Below are positions 11,221 through 24,689 of a stretch of DNA of 64,000 nt, piece by piece (within the stretch, counting starts at the first letter, position 1; each line of letters starts with the position of its first letter). The translations under genes and the position numbers were made by a program. The notes below the pieces were generated by a model, which saw only the letters and a program-made list of their open reading frames with translations, did no database searches and was not told the origin of the DNA. The DNA comes from the human T2T-CHM13v2.0 reference genome, Homo sapiens. The stretch lies in the NCBI RefSeq assembly GCF_009914755.1, contig NC_060925.1; one strand, written 5' to 3'.

Positions 11221-11810
11221 TGTAGTATGCAAGATTCCTTAAATGCCCCTCAAAGATGTTCTCCCCTAATCCCCAGAACCTGGGAATATGATGAAACATC
11301 ACTCCCCCTTGTTATGCAGGCACAATTGAGTTAAAATAGGAGATTCTCTGGGTGGGCCCAATCTAATCATACGAGCCCCTTTAAAAGCAGAGTGCTTTCT
11401 TCAGGGGCTGGTAGAGGAGGAAGTCCGGGAGTTTCCAAGTGTGAGAAGGACTTGATGTGCCATTGCTGGCTTTGAGGAGAGGGCACCAAGTGAGAAGGAA
11501 TAGACACCTTCGGAGCTGATAGACACCCCGGCTGACAGCCAGCAAGGAAATGGAGACTCAGTTCTACAGCCTCAAGGAAGTAAATTCAGCTAACAATGCG
11601 AATGAGCTTAGAAGTCGATTCTTCTCAGAACCTCCCCATAAGAGCCCAGCTGGCTGACACATTGACTTCAGCCTTGTGAGATTCTGAGCAGAAAATCCAG
11701 TCAAGTCTTCTTGGACTTCAGAACTACAGAATGGTGAGATATGACTGTGTGTTGTTTTGAGTCACTAGGCTTGTGGTAATTGGTTATACAGCAATAGAAA
11801 AGTAATAAAA
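11221..11810 (+). mobile_element. MLT1E-like MaLR solo LTR
   Basis: TG start; gctgacagccagcaaggaaatggagactcag...ttgtggtaattggttatacagcaatagaaaagtaata. Confidence 0.85.
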
Positions 11811-11811
11811 G

Positions 11812-12110
11812 GGCCAGGCACAGCAGCTCACGCCTATAATCCTAGCATTTTGGGAGGCTGAGGAAGGCAGAATGCTTCAAGCCAGGAGTTTGAGACCAGC
11901 CTGAACAACATAGTGAGCCCTTGTCTCTACTAAAAAATAAATTAGCCCGATGTGGTGGCACACACCTGCAGTTTCAGCCACTCGGGAGGCTGAGGCAGGA
12001 GGATGGCCTGAGCCCAGGAGTTTGGGGTTACAGTGAGCTATGATTGGACCACTGAACCCTAGATTGGGCAATAGAGCAAGACCCCATCTCAAAAACACAA
12101 CAATAACAAA
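11812..12110 (+). mobile_element. AluJ
   Basis: Dimeric Alu with J-type diagnostics (ggatggcctgagcccaggag, cagtgagctatgat), decayed A tail, TSD agaaaagtaata/agaaaactaata. Confidence 0.92.
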
Positions 12111-12970
12111 AGAAAACTAATATAGTGAGAAATAACGATTCTAATAAACATTAGCTATCATTGTTCCATTTATTATTAGACCTCTTCAGCAAATATGTCC
12201 TGCATGAGGGACTGGGGAGACAATGCTGACCCAGCGTGGTGCCAGTCCCACAAGGAGTTTCTGGTTAAGACGAGAAATCATCTCATTTTTCCTGACATCC
12301 AGGTTCTATGAAGATCAACTGTTGCTACATCTTGGACACATTTCACTTCTTTCATTGTAAATACTCATTTTTCACTTTCTTTCATTTTTAGCCAGTGGCT
12401 AGACCATGTTTAGCCACCAGCAGCCCCCATTTGCCTTGCGTGAGTGGGGAATAGGATTTATTGATTGTCTCCTGTGCATAACCGTTAGGCAGTCTGGGAA
12501 GCTCCTGGCATTTGTGCTGAAATATTGTAAGCCAGACAATAGAGACGTCTGTTTCTAACAAAGGATCTATATAATCCTTTATCTCTAGAATCCACCACCT
12601 GGTGTTCTCAACAGCGGTGAGCACAGAACAATTCCCAGTTTAATCAAACTGGAATACAAAACGGGCGAGGAGGGCTGCAGTGTGCCATCTCCTTGAAGTT
12701 GTTCCAAGAGAAAGGGACCCTTTGTTACAGAGACAGCTCATTTTAGAGTTCAGTGGCCTGTGACACTTGCCCAGCTGGCAGCCCAGCAGGGACCTTCTGA
12801 TACTTTCCTACACTTGAAAGCCATTTTTGGTGTGAAAAACAGTGAAACTGTCATTAAGGGCTACTTGTTGGGAGGGTCATGGGGGAAGAAGAATATGGAA
12901 ACAGTGCTTTAAAGAACGTGCCTGCAGCAATTCATGATTTTTATTCAAATAGCAGCTGTCTTCACTTTTT

Positions 12971-13034
12971 GTCTTTGTTTTCTGATAAAATTGAGGATGT
13001 TTGTCTTTGCTTTCTGATAAAATTGAGGATGTTT
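12971..13034. repeat. 32-bp tandem duplication, one mismatch
   Basis: gtctttg(t/c)tttctgataaaattgaggatgttt x2. Confidence 0.9.
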
Positions 13035-13767
13035 GTATATGTTTACTGAAGGTAGTGGTAATAACATCATTGGATTTTTTTAAAAAATATAATCCATAGG
13101 TTTACCACTGAATTTTTTTTTAAATTTATTTTAAAGGCCCATGGATTGGAGCTGGGTTGGGAAGGGAAATTGTCCATTGCTCTAATCATTTTGAAGTACC
13201 TACTCCCTTTCTTGAACTGGAAACTGGTTCCTTCCTATAGAGATTTTTCAGGGGGAAAAAGAAGACATAAAACATTTCAAAACGTATTCTCACTTTAAAA
13301 CAGATTTTATAGAAACCCAGAATTGTAGAGCCAGGAAGCTTCTCAGAGTCATCTGGTCTAACCCAGCCAAACTGCCCGTGTGAACAAGAGTCTTCATGAC
13401 CACATTCCCAAGGGAGACTGTCCAGCAGTTGAACAGCAAGGCATTCTACAGGACAGGAACTTGGGGTAGACAGAATTGTTTTTAAATAATCATTCTATTA
13501 CTTCCTGGCTATGTGATCTTGAGAAAATTATTTGTCTTCCCTAAGCCTTGGTTTCCTTACCTTAATGGGATAATAGTGTCTAACCTTTGGCCAAATGGTG
13601 AGGATTAAAAGGAATAATCAACGTAAAGTGACTCCTAGTGATTTCCATCTAGCAATAGTTTTAAGATTTTCCATGGTATAAGTAATTACAAGAAATAACT
13701 TGGGCAGATCTAGGTCTGGTCTGAAGAGGCTGGAGGATCGGGAAGAAGGAAGGGTGTTAGAATAAGT

Positions 13768-14283
13768 TCCTGAACTCCAGACCCTTATGTCCAACTATCT
13801 ACTTGATATCTCCTCTCAGGTGTCTAATATGCATTTCAGACTTTACATATTCAGAACCAAGTTCCTTATCTTTCTCCCCATACCTGCTCCAAGTCTTTCC
13901 ATCTCGACAGTAACTTTATCCATCCTTCCAGTTGCAATGGCCAAAATGTTGATGTTGTCGTCGCCTTTTTTTCCGTCGCTTACCTGTTCAACCTGTCAGG
14001 ATATTCTATTGACTCTAGCTTCAAAATATTTCTAGAATCCAACCACCTCACACCATCTTCACTGTATCCAACTGTAGTCCAAGTCATCAACTCATCAGCG
14101 TTTTTCTTTTTTTGTTTTTGTTTTTATACGCCTGCCACCTCAGGAGCATCAGCGTTTTTCAAAGTAGGAGTTAGAATGATTCTGTTAAAATATAAGTCAG
14201 ATCAAATTATTCTTTGGTTCAAAACTCTCCAATAGACTCCCTATCCCACTACATACAAGTCAAAGCCCTTATAATGGTCTACA
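13768..14283 (+). mobile_element. L2a fragment
   Basis: cctgaactccagacccttatgtccaactatctacttgatatctcc...aagtcagatca...aaaactctccaatagactccc. Confidence 0.85.
14107..14146 (-). mobile_element. Ultra-short retrotransposed insert (21-nt body plus A tail) with 14-bp TSD
   Basis: catcagcgtttttc at 14093-14106 and 14147-14160 flanks a T-tract plus atacgcctgccacctcaggag. Confidence 0.8.
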
Positions 14284-14490
14284 ATGGTGCTACTCAAGTA
14301 TGGTCTATGGACCTGTGACTGTCTGCAAGCTGTTACTAGTCTATGAGGCGATTAGAAGTTTGTGTCAAAATGTAAATCAACTAGGTCACTAGACATGCTG
14401 TTTAATTTGCCTGATGTTTTGTTCATTCAAGACTTTCTCAATGAAGGAAGCAGTGCATTGATTTATTTTCTGTTGTGAACTCCTTATTTC
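14284..14490 (+). mobile_element. hAT-Charlie non-autonomous DNA transposon fragment
   Basis: TIR-like gtgctactcaagtatggtc; caagactttctcaatgaaggaagcagtgcattgattta; subfamily uncertain. Confidence 0.6.
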
Positions 14491-14511
14491 CTTGAAATTT
14501 TATTTAGTTGA

Positions 14512-14879
<368 letters not shown>

Positions 14880-14899
14880 TCTTCAAATTTTTAATTTCC

Positions 14900-16150
<1,251 letters not shown>

Positions 16151-17559
16151 AAAAAAATAAACAAAAACAAAAAAAAAACCTGAGTTTTTTTTTCCTTTCT
16201 CTAATTTTACTCTAAAATATTTGAATCCTTATTGGGTAAGTGGGGAAAGATAGATGTAGGGTTGGTGAGATCTCATGGACATGAAGGCATCCTGTTGGAT
16301 CTTGTGTTCCTCCAAGACTTTCTTGTAACAAAAGGAGCCTCAGCCACAGGGAAGCTGAGTATCCTGTCATATGGCTGTTGCTGTTTAAGTCATTTGCTGT
16401 GAGCAGAGTCACAAGGCAACACTGGGAACAACAGGCCTAACGCATGTCAACTCAGTGATTTTCAAACTAATACCTAATAGGAGGGATAGGAATCCCAACT
16501 TCTCATTTCTAGCCCAGTACTATTTCTGTGTTCTTGAGAAAGCTTAAGGCTGACTGTGACACTTCTGAGGCTATACCATCTGGTTGTCTCTCAGCTCTGT
16601 GGATTTTGAAACATGAGGAAAGAAAGAGGGAGTGGTAGCTTTCTCTGCCTCTGTAAACCTCATTAAAGTGATGTTTTTTGTTCCTATTGTCATTGGGGAA
16701 GGCAGTGATACTGCCAAGTAAGGAGTGGTTGATGCTTCAGATGAAATGGATGTTTGTGTTAAGAGTCTTTGTGTTAGATTGCCTTCTCGGCATCCCAGCT
16801 CTCAGCAACTCTCTTCCAGTTGTCACCTGATACATGTGGTTGAACAGCTTCTATTCCCTGTGCTCTTGTCTGTGACTAACCAGTGCTTCTCTTGTGGGAT
16901 TAGTCTTCAGGATCACAGGACAGCTTGGCTTCTTCCTTCCTCAAGCAATGTGCTATTAATGCCAACCATGGGAACTTGGTGTAATGCAATACAGATACTT
17001 GAAATTGCTGAGTCACTTCACAGTGATGGTCATGTCTGTGAATGTGAGTGAGCCAAATAATGTGGAAGAAGAATGGTCTTTCAGGACATCACTAGACTTC
17101 TTAGACACTCTATTCTTTCCCACATTTAAATGTTTTCCCACATGTTAAATGTTTTGCCTTATGATGAATTCAGGTTAGGAATTTTCTGATACTAAGGGTT
17201 GAGAAAAGCAAATGAGCTATTACTCATGAGATCATATTTGTGAAAATGACTTAGATCAAATGAATTGCCCTTAAATCCTTTCTTGCTATGTAGATTCTTT
17301 TATTATTTTCTGTTCCAGCATTGTCCATAATTTGAAAGGTAAACCTAGTTGTTGAGTACTTTCAGATGGATATGCTATCAATGTAAGCCAGTGACAAACT
17401 GTCTGAGCCTGTTTAGACCTTGTCCCACAACGAAGTCTCCCAGGCTGAGAGAAGCTCTGATGCCCATGGCAAGCAGACAGCACGAACTGCTGGAGAGGGG
17501 AGCTGCTGACTCCCTCATCTTAATGGTTTATCCTTGGTTACTCTTTTTCTAAAAAGTAG

Positions 17560-17952
<393 letters not shown>

Positions 17953-18012
17953 TAGCTGTGATTACAGTCATGAACAAAATGGCTTTGTCCTCGTGGGGCT
18001 TAAGGTCTACAA

Positions 18013-18323
18013 CAGCCCTGTCCAGTAGAAATATAATGGGAGTGCATATTATAACTTAAAATGTTCTAGAAATACATTTTTAAAAGCGAAAAGAAGCAGG
18101 TAAAATTAATTTTAATAACATATTTTATTTAACAATATAGCTAAAGTATTATGACATGTAATCAGTGTAAAAGTTATTGAGATAGTTTACATTCTTTTTA
18201 TTGTACTAAGTCTTCAAAATTTTGTATGTGTTTTGCACTTATAATACATCTCAGTTTGGATTCGCTACATGTTAAGTGCTCAACAGTGTCATGTGGCTCG
18301 TGCCTACTGTACTGGGAGGTGTG
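18013..18323. mobile_element. MER33-like hAT-Charlie MITE
   Basis: cagccctgtccagtagaaatataatg...gtgctcaacagtgtcatgtggctcgtgcctactgtactgg. Confidence 0.8.
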
Positions 18324-18368
18324 GTTTACCAACATCCTACATGTAATTCCACAAGTCAATATTTAGAT

Positions 18369-18573
18369 CCGGATGTTCAATCTTTTGGCTTCCCTGGGCC
18401 ACACTGGGAGAATAAGAATTGTCTTGGGCCATACATAAAATACACTAATGATAGCTAGTGAGCAAAAAAACAAAAAAAAGAAAAAAAACCACCTCATAAT
18501 GTTTAAACAAAGTTCACAAATTTGTGTTAGGCCGCATTCAAAGCCATCCTGGGCCGTGGGTTGGACAAGCTTG
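18369..18573 (+). mobile_element. MER30 hAT-Charlie MITE
   Basis: caatcttttggcttccctgggccacactgg...ttggacaagcttg; TSD atttagat/atttaggt. Confidence 0.9.
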
Positions 18574-18589
18574 ATTTAGGTTATAATGG

Positions 18590-18800
18590 TAATACGTGCT
18601 ATCAGAGAAATGGAAACTGGCGTAATAAGCAATTAGGAAGGGTTTTGGGGATACTGACAGTGAAACTTGAGGGATGAGTTGGAGTGAGGCAGGAATGAAG
18701 GAAAGTAAGAACTGTCCAGGCAAAGGGAACAGCTTTTGTGAAGTCCTTGGGTTGAAAACGAGTGAAAAGGAGGCTGGTATGCTGACCTTTGTGAGAATGG
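18590..18800 (-). mobile_element. L2 fragment
   Basis: ccaggcaaagggaacagcttttgtgaagtccttggg. Confidence 0.55.
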
Positions 18801-20479
18801 ATGAACAGCTCACATTCTTCTGTGAGCAGAAGAATGATGGTACTAAGAACAGAAAGAGAGAAATCATCCAGAATAAATCTGGTTTTAGAGGAAAGATAAC
18901 TTTGATTTTAATATGGCTTTCAGGCACAAAAGATATAGGAAAATGGGAGGGAGGAAGGGCTGGAGATGTAGTTTTCAGGGTTGATGGAGCTGGCAAGTTA
19001 AATCTTTTAACATCTTTATGTCTGAATTTATCTTCAAGGGTCACTCATTAGGTGGGCTGGAAACCACTATGGGAAAGAGATGGGAGAGTCAAATAGATCA
19101 GGAGAGGAGGAGAGAGATGGAGAACATAAACCGTGTGCTAGAGAAGGTGACAGGTCATGAGGAAGAGATTAAACTCAGTGATGAAATCTTGGGGCCAACA
19201 GGAAAAGGAAGGGAAGTTTAAGACTAAGTGGTCAGAGCCTGGAGAAGTGGAATGGAGCGGGGATTAAGGCCAGCAGGTCAAAGGTGATTGGTGAACAGTG
19301 GCTTCCTTTAGTCGACTGCTGGCCGCATGGTGGGTGGTCGGTGGTAGGTGAGCCAGGTTTAAAGTAAAAGCAAAGAGTCTAGTAGACACTTTAAACAACT
19401 CATTTTATCAGCCTCCTCTACACACTGGCAGTTTCAGAGGAAACAACCCAGGGACTGAAGAGAGAGAGGCCATGGAAAATGGGCTGATATCTCGAAGAAC
19501 AACAGAATGCCTCTAAGGCTGGAGAGAAAGCCGACTTGTCTGGGTCCTGAGAACAGCCTGCCCTGGCTGTTACCTCTCATGCTCTTACATTCTGGCAAAC
19601 AAGGTGTCTGCTGCTCTTAGCAAATCCTAAAGAGACGGTGGTGATAACTGAAGTTCACTTTTCAAATGGTGAAGTGTCTCCTCTACCTACCACCAGGAGA
19701 AGCATAGGCATCTCTAGCTCACCAGGCCTCTGGCCACCAACCAGAAATTTTAAAGCTTGAACTCCATTGTGAGGCATTTAAAGCTTGCTGTGTCCATACT
19801 GAGAGCATGTGAAGAAGCCTGACTTATAAGGCCCTGGAGTTTGTGTTTTCTGCACGCTCTCCTGGAATGCTGAAACAGCAAAATGTTCTTCTCTTGGCAG
19901 CCATGAGAGAATGCAGCAGTTGGTGAGATGGGCAGTGAGCCTGCTTGAAGACCCAGTTGTGAGCTGGGCACCAACTGCAAATATTGCAATTCAAAACCAA
20001 ACCAAACCAATCCATCCTACAGACCAAACGCATTTTAGCAAGGAAAAGCTGTGCTGTGTTAAAATAATGAGATGATGTTCTGTTGTGGGGTGATCCTGGT
20101 TTTTAAGGGCAGACATTTGCTCAGTGGTATTTGTGGAATTGTTGATGTCTACTCTGTAAGTCTTAGCTCTGACCATCTCCGCCCCTGTGATCATTAGGAA
20201 CTGAGAATGATAGGTGCATGGATAATAAGGGGGAGTGATGTAAGTGACAGACTAATCATAAACCAAGACTGGAAGCATAACTTTTCATCCAGGCTTGTCA
20301 AAATAACTGCATGTCTACATTTTGTTATGTTCATTACACAGTGATTGAGAGCTGTGTTAAAAGTTTTTGAAACAATGAAAACTTTTTAAAAAATTACTAA
20401 AATAAGAGAAAATATGATAAGGTCTTTTGTTGTAGGCCATTCTCCTGGATGACAGCATATTTAGGCTTGTTTGGATGGG

Positions 20480-20680
20480 GAGGGAGAGAGAAAAGAGAGG
20501 TGGAAACAGAGGTTGGAAAGGTGGATGGGACTAGATCGTTTAAGGCTTTGGAGGTCATGACAAGGAATTTGAATTTTATTCTAAGCGTGATAAGAACCTG
20601 GGGAAATGTTTTATACAGTGAAGTGTTTACAAGATCTGATTTGTGTTTTTGTAATCTTCCTTTTGCTGTTGTGGGGTATA
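20480..20680 (-). mobile_element. L2 fragment
   Basis: aaggctttggaggtcatgacaaggaatttgaattttattctaag...agatctgatttgtgttttt. Confidence 0.7.
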
Positions 20681-21888
20681 GCAATAGCAGGTCTACAGAG
20701 AGAGTGAACTTCCCATTCTAATTCTGGCCACGTAGCTGGTGCAAGGCTTGATTCCCAAGTGACAGTGCACAGAAACAACTCACAGAGACATGAAAGGAGC
20801 CAGATAGCACTATAGTCAGGAGTTTTCACTGCCCACGTTTCTTGCTGGCTTGCTAATGCAGGCAGAATCAAAGAAAATATGTAATATAAAGGGTTCTTTG
20901 TAGTTTTGTTTAAAGGGAACCCATGTTTAGGAGCAGGTTTGCAAAACTTGAAAATGTGATGATAAATGTCAAGTCTGACATGTTTAGGGGACTAGTGCAT
21001 GTCAGCTGTGGGCTGAATAGACTCACCAAAGCAGAAGATTCATGGAAACAGAAGGCTGTCTTGCAGGTTTCCCAATACTGCTTCTTTAGGGTAACGCTTA
21101 CCCTTAACAGGCATTGAAGGGGATTTGCCTCCAGAAAAACTACCTGGGATTTGAAGTCTACCCTTTCACTCCCTACTGAGACTGACTTACTCCACCCCTG
21201 GGTCCCTCTCCCTTCATTCAGTGGATCAGCATCTACTCTCCTGTTGGCCAGGGGCTCTGTGAGGCATGGGTGCACTGTGCCCTCATGCAGTTTACCCTGC
21301 AGAGGAGAAACAGACAAATAGTCTTCCTAATAAAGGAATTTTTAGTGCAAAAATTCCTTTATTACTGAAAGGAAATTTCAGGGAACAGATTACATGCACT
21401 CCTTCTTATCTTCCTTAGTTTGGAGTCAGTTAATGATTAAGAAGCCCCTGCTTTTTCCCCTCTGCCTCGCTGAGGGAAGCCAGGATGTACTCTGGTAACC
21501 CCAAGCCTCTGCATACCCCAGCTCTTCCTCTCTGTTTCCTCCTGACTCCCACTCTCCAGAGCTGGACTGCACTGGTTCTGCTAACCTGTTTCTTTCCTTC
21601 TGCTCTAGAGATTTCTGGAGAAGCAAAGTCTATTGAGGTGTGGGCCCAGACGTGTCCTTTTAGCAGCTGGGGTGGTTTTCCTTGAAGCTGCCCTAAAACC
21701 AGCCAGTTAGCAATCTCCAGCTTTTGCCCTTGGACTTTGCTGGCTCACTTTGTCTTTGCCGCAGGCACAGGCGCCCTGCCCTGCTGTGCTCAGCAGAGAC
21801 CTTGGCTCTGCCTTCACATTTCTCTCCTCTATCAAAGCTCTGAATTTCTAGTCTATTCTAGTCTGCTGGCTCTCTGTTGAACCTTGTC

Positions 21889-22199
21889 TCTTTGTTTTTA
21901 TTGTTTCTGAGACAGAGTCTCACTCTGACACTCAGGCTGGAGTGTAGTGGCATGATCTTGGCTCACTGCAGCCTCCGCCTCCTGGGTTCAAGTGATTCTC
22001 CCACCTCAGCCTCCTGAGTAGCTGGCATTATAGGTATGCACCACCACGCCCAGCTAATTTTTGTATTTTTAGTAGAGATGGAGTTTCCCCACACTGGCCA
22101 GGCTGGTCTTGAACTCCTTGAACTCCTGACTTTAGGTGATCCACTCGCCTCCACCTCCCAAAGTGCTGGGATTATGGGTGTGAGCCACAGCACCCGGCC
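21889..22199 (-). mobile_element. AluS (Sx/Sz-like) with internal 9-bp duplication
   Basis: Full dimer; cttgaactccttgaactcc; TSD tgaacct..tctct. Confidence 0.92.
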
Positions 22200-24689
22200 T
22201 GAACCTCATCTCTCTTTATAAGACTTCACCACCTAACCTTCCAGACACAGGTTGGCACACTTCCCTTTTTTTATTTTTTACATCTTGAGCCTTGGGATCT
22301 GATGAATGTCTCACATGATGTCCCAAAGCGTCTATATGATAAGCTTTACAACTTGAATAGATTTTGAAAATGCATCTCAATTGAAGGTCATCTTTGTGGA
22401 ATTTTATTAATTAGGTTTCTTTTAAAGTTTTTCTAAAAGGTATTTTTGTTTTCAAATTTTCTCCCTCTGTGTATAATTTTCTAAGTGGTACCTGAAACCC
22501 CCTGATTTCATTAGTCTATGTTTCCAATATCTACTGTTTTCCTTAAAGAGTATTTTGTGCTACATTTAAGGTTAAATGGCTTTATAAAAAGCACTGTGAA
22601 TATTTTTAAATGTACATTTTGAACTTTGAATTGAGGTGTCAGATTTTTTACTGAAGCAATTACAGTTAAAAGTAATTTTAGCTCTATTTTTTAAAAGAGG
22701 TACACCCTAATAATTATGCCCTTGTGTGCATTAGTAAAAAAATGATATTTCTGCTATTATAGAACAAAAGTTCATTGGAATTGCCCCCTCACCCAGCATT
22801 CTGGCTTGGTTGCAAGTACATGAGGAAGGATTAAGGAAGTGAGGAAGGGTCTGTACCTTGTGTGTTTCACAAGGGGAAGCACACATATTCCTTGGATCTT
22901 GCTGGGGCTTTGGGAGCTATAATGCCTTGTCAAAACTTAGGGAGGATAACCCACTGACCATTTTTGGATTTTTTTTTTCCAGTTATAGCTTTCCTTGAAG
23001 CTTAATTATATATGAACATGTAAATAGAGAAAGATTATTAAGTGGCCTACAATGAGGTCAAATTGCTCATGGTTCTCCGCCTGCTTTTTGTCCCAGTACA
23101 TGTGAATATTTCCTGGTAATAGACAATGAACCTGGTGTTCAAGCCTTTCAGGACAGAAATAGAAAAATGTTTGCGTAAAATCCAATATTCATTGGCTTTG
23201 AAGTGGTTTATTACAGATATGTCTTCTCCTTCTCTTCCCTACTCTTGCCTGAGAAAAGCAGGTGCCTTTACAGTAATACAACCCAAAGTCTTTGTGGAAC
23301 TCCACTTCCGCACTTTTTGCATCACCTTGATCTATGGCTTGTGACAGTTTATGCATCAATGGAGCCTATTATGGGAATTGTTTCTTTCCTTTAAAAAAAC
23401 AACAAAGGGAATATAGTTTAAAGATAAAATCTTTTTTTCTCTTTTTTCTATTTATATTCCTCCTACTTGTCACTGTTCCCATCAGAGAACTTAAACAAAT
23501 TTGTACAAGTACTCCATGTTCACTGTTGAAAAATTAGAAAATACAGACTAACAAAAGAAAAAAGTTACCCCCAATCCTATCAATGGACGTGACCACTGTT
23601 AATAATTTGGTTTGTAGCAATGTTCTCTTTGGTATGCATTGGCACACCAGCATTCTCTGAAGTCTTTATGGGAGTGCTGTCCACTGTGGACCTATGTAAT
23701 GAAATTTGCTGTTACTATAACCATGGCTGGAAAAAATGGTCCTGCGACAAAGTACAGCGGCATAATGAGGAAGCGGTAAGACCACAGTATCATGTTCACC
23801 TAATGTCAAGGAAAGATGGTTTCCCATCCTGTAGAACCACTTGGCTTGTGAGGACAGAGGAAATCCCTGTCCCGGCAGTAAACAATTTGGCTCAAACAGA
23901 TGCGATCTGTGCAATGAAAAATGAACATTATGGGATTACTATGGGATTGCTTATTGTATTTTTTCCAGTTTTTCAATACTTTCAAGTGTGTGGCCTCACT
24001 AATAATTAAATAAATGTTAGTTGAAACAACTCAGAGCTCTACTATTGCTTATTAAATTAGAAGAAAAATAATGACAATGACAAAACCCAATGTTAACGGA
24101 GGTATGAGAAAAATACATATATTTATATGTTGCTAGTGACATTTAAATTGTTCCAATGATTCTGGAGTACATTCTTCCCAATTATGATGAGAGCAATAAA
24201 ACATTTCTTGCCCTTTCAGTTATAATCTACATTATGGTATATAGATTGAGGAAATAAACCAAAAAAGAAAACAATTTATATAAAGATGGTTATAGTTTAA
24301 ATTATGGGCAGTCAGGTAAATCATTGTCAAGAGACTCCCCTTCTATTTTATCATCCTCAGAAATGTGCTTTATCTACTTTGGAAAGCTCTTCTAAGTAAT
24401 GAAGGCTTTGAATGGTGATTAAGTCTATAGCCGTAGGACAGAGGCCTCTCTTGTTTGAGTGGAAAGATATGATCAGTGACTTTCTGCACAGAATAAGCTG
24501 CTTGTGGATTTCCTTTATTCCTGCCAAATGTTCCTGTTACACAAACTGATGTTGACTGGGAAAATAATGGAATAACAGAATTAAGAGGAATATTAGAGGG
24601 CTTCTTATTTAACCGACTAGCTGAGAAAGGTACCTTCTCAAAATACATAGGCATATGTCTGGTCATTGTTTGATCAACTTATTACCTCT

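Noticed and set aside
18538-19051. Overlapping 168-aa and 125-aa ORFs
   Set aside because: They span MER30/L2 remnants and purine-rich sequence; likely chance frames.
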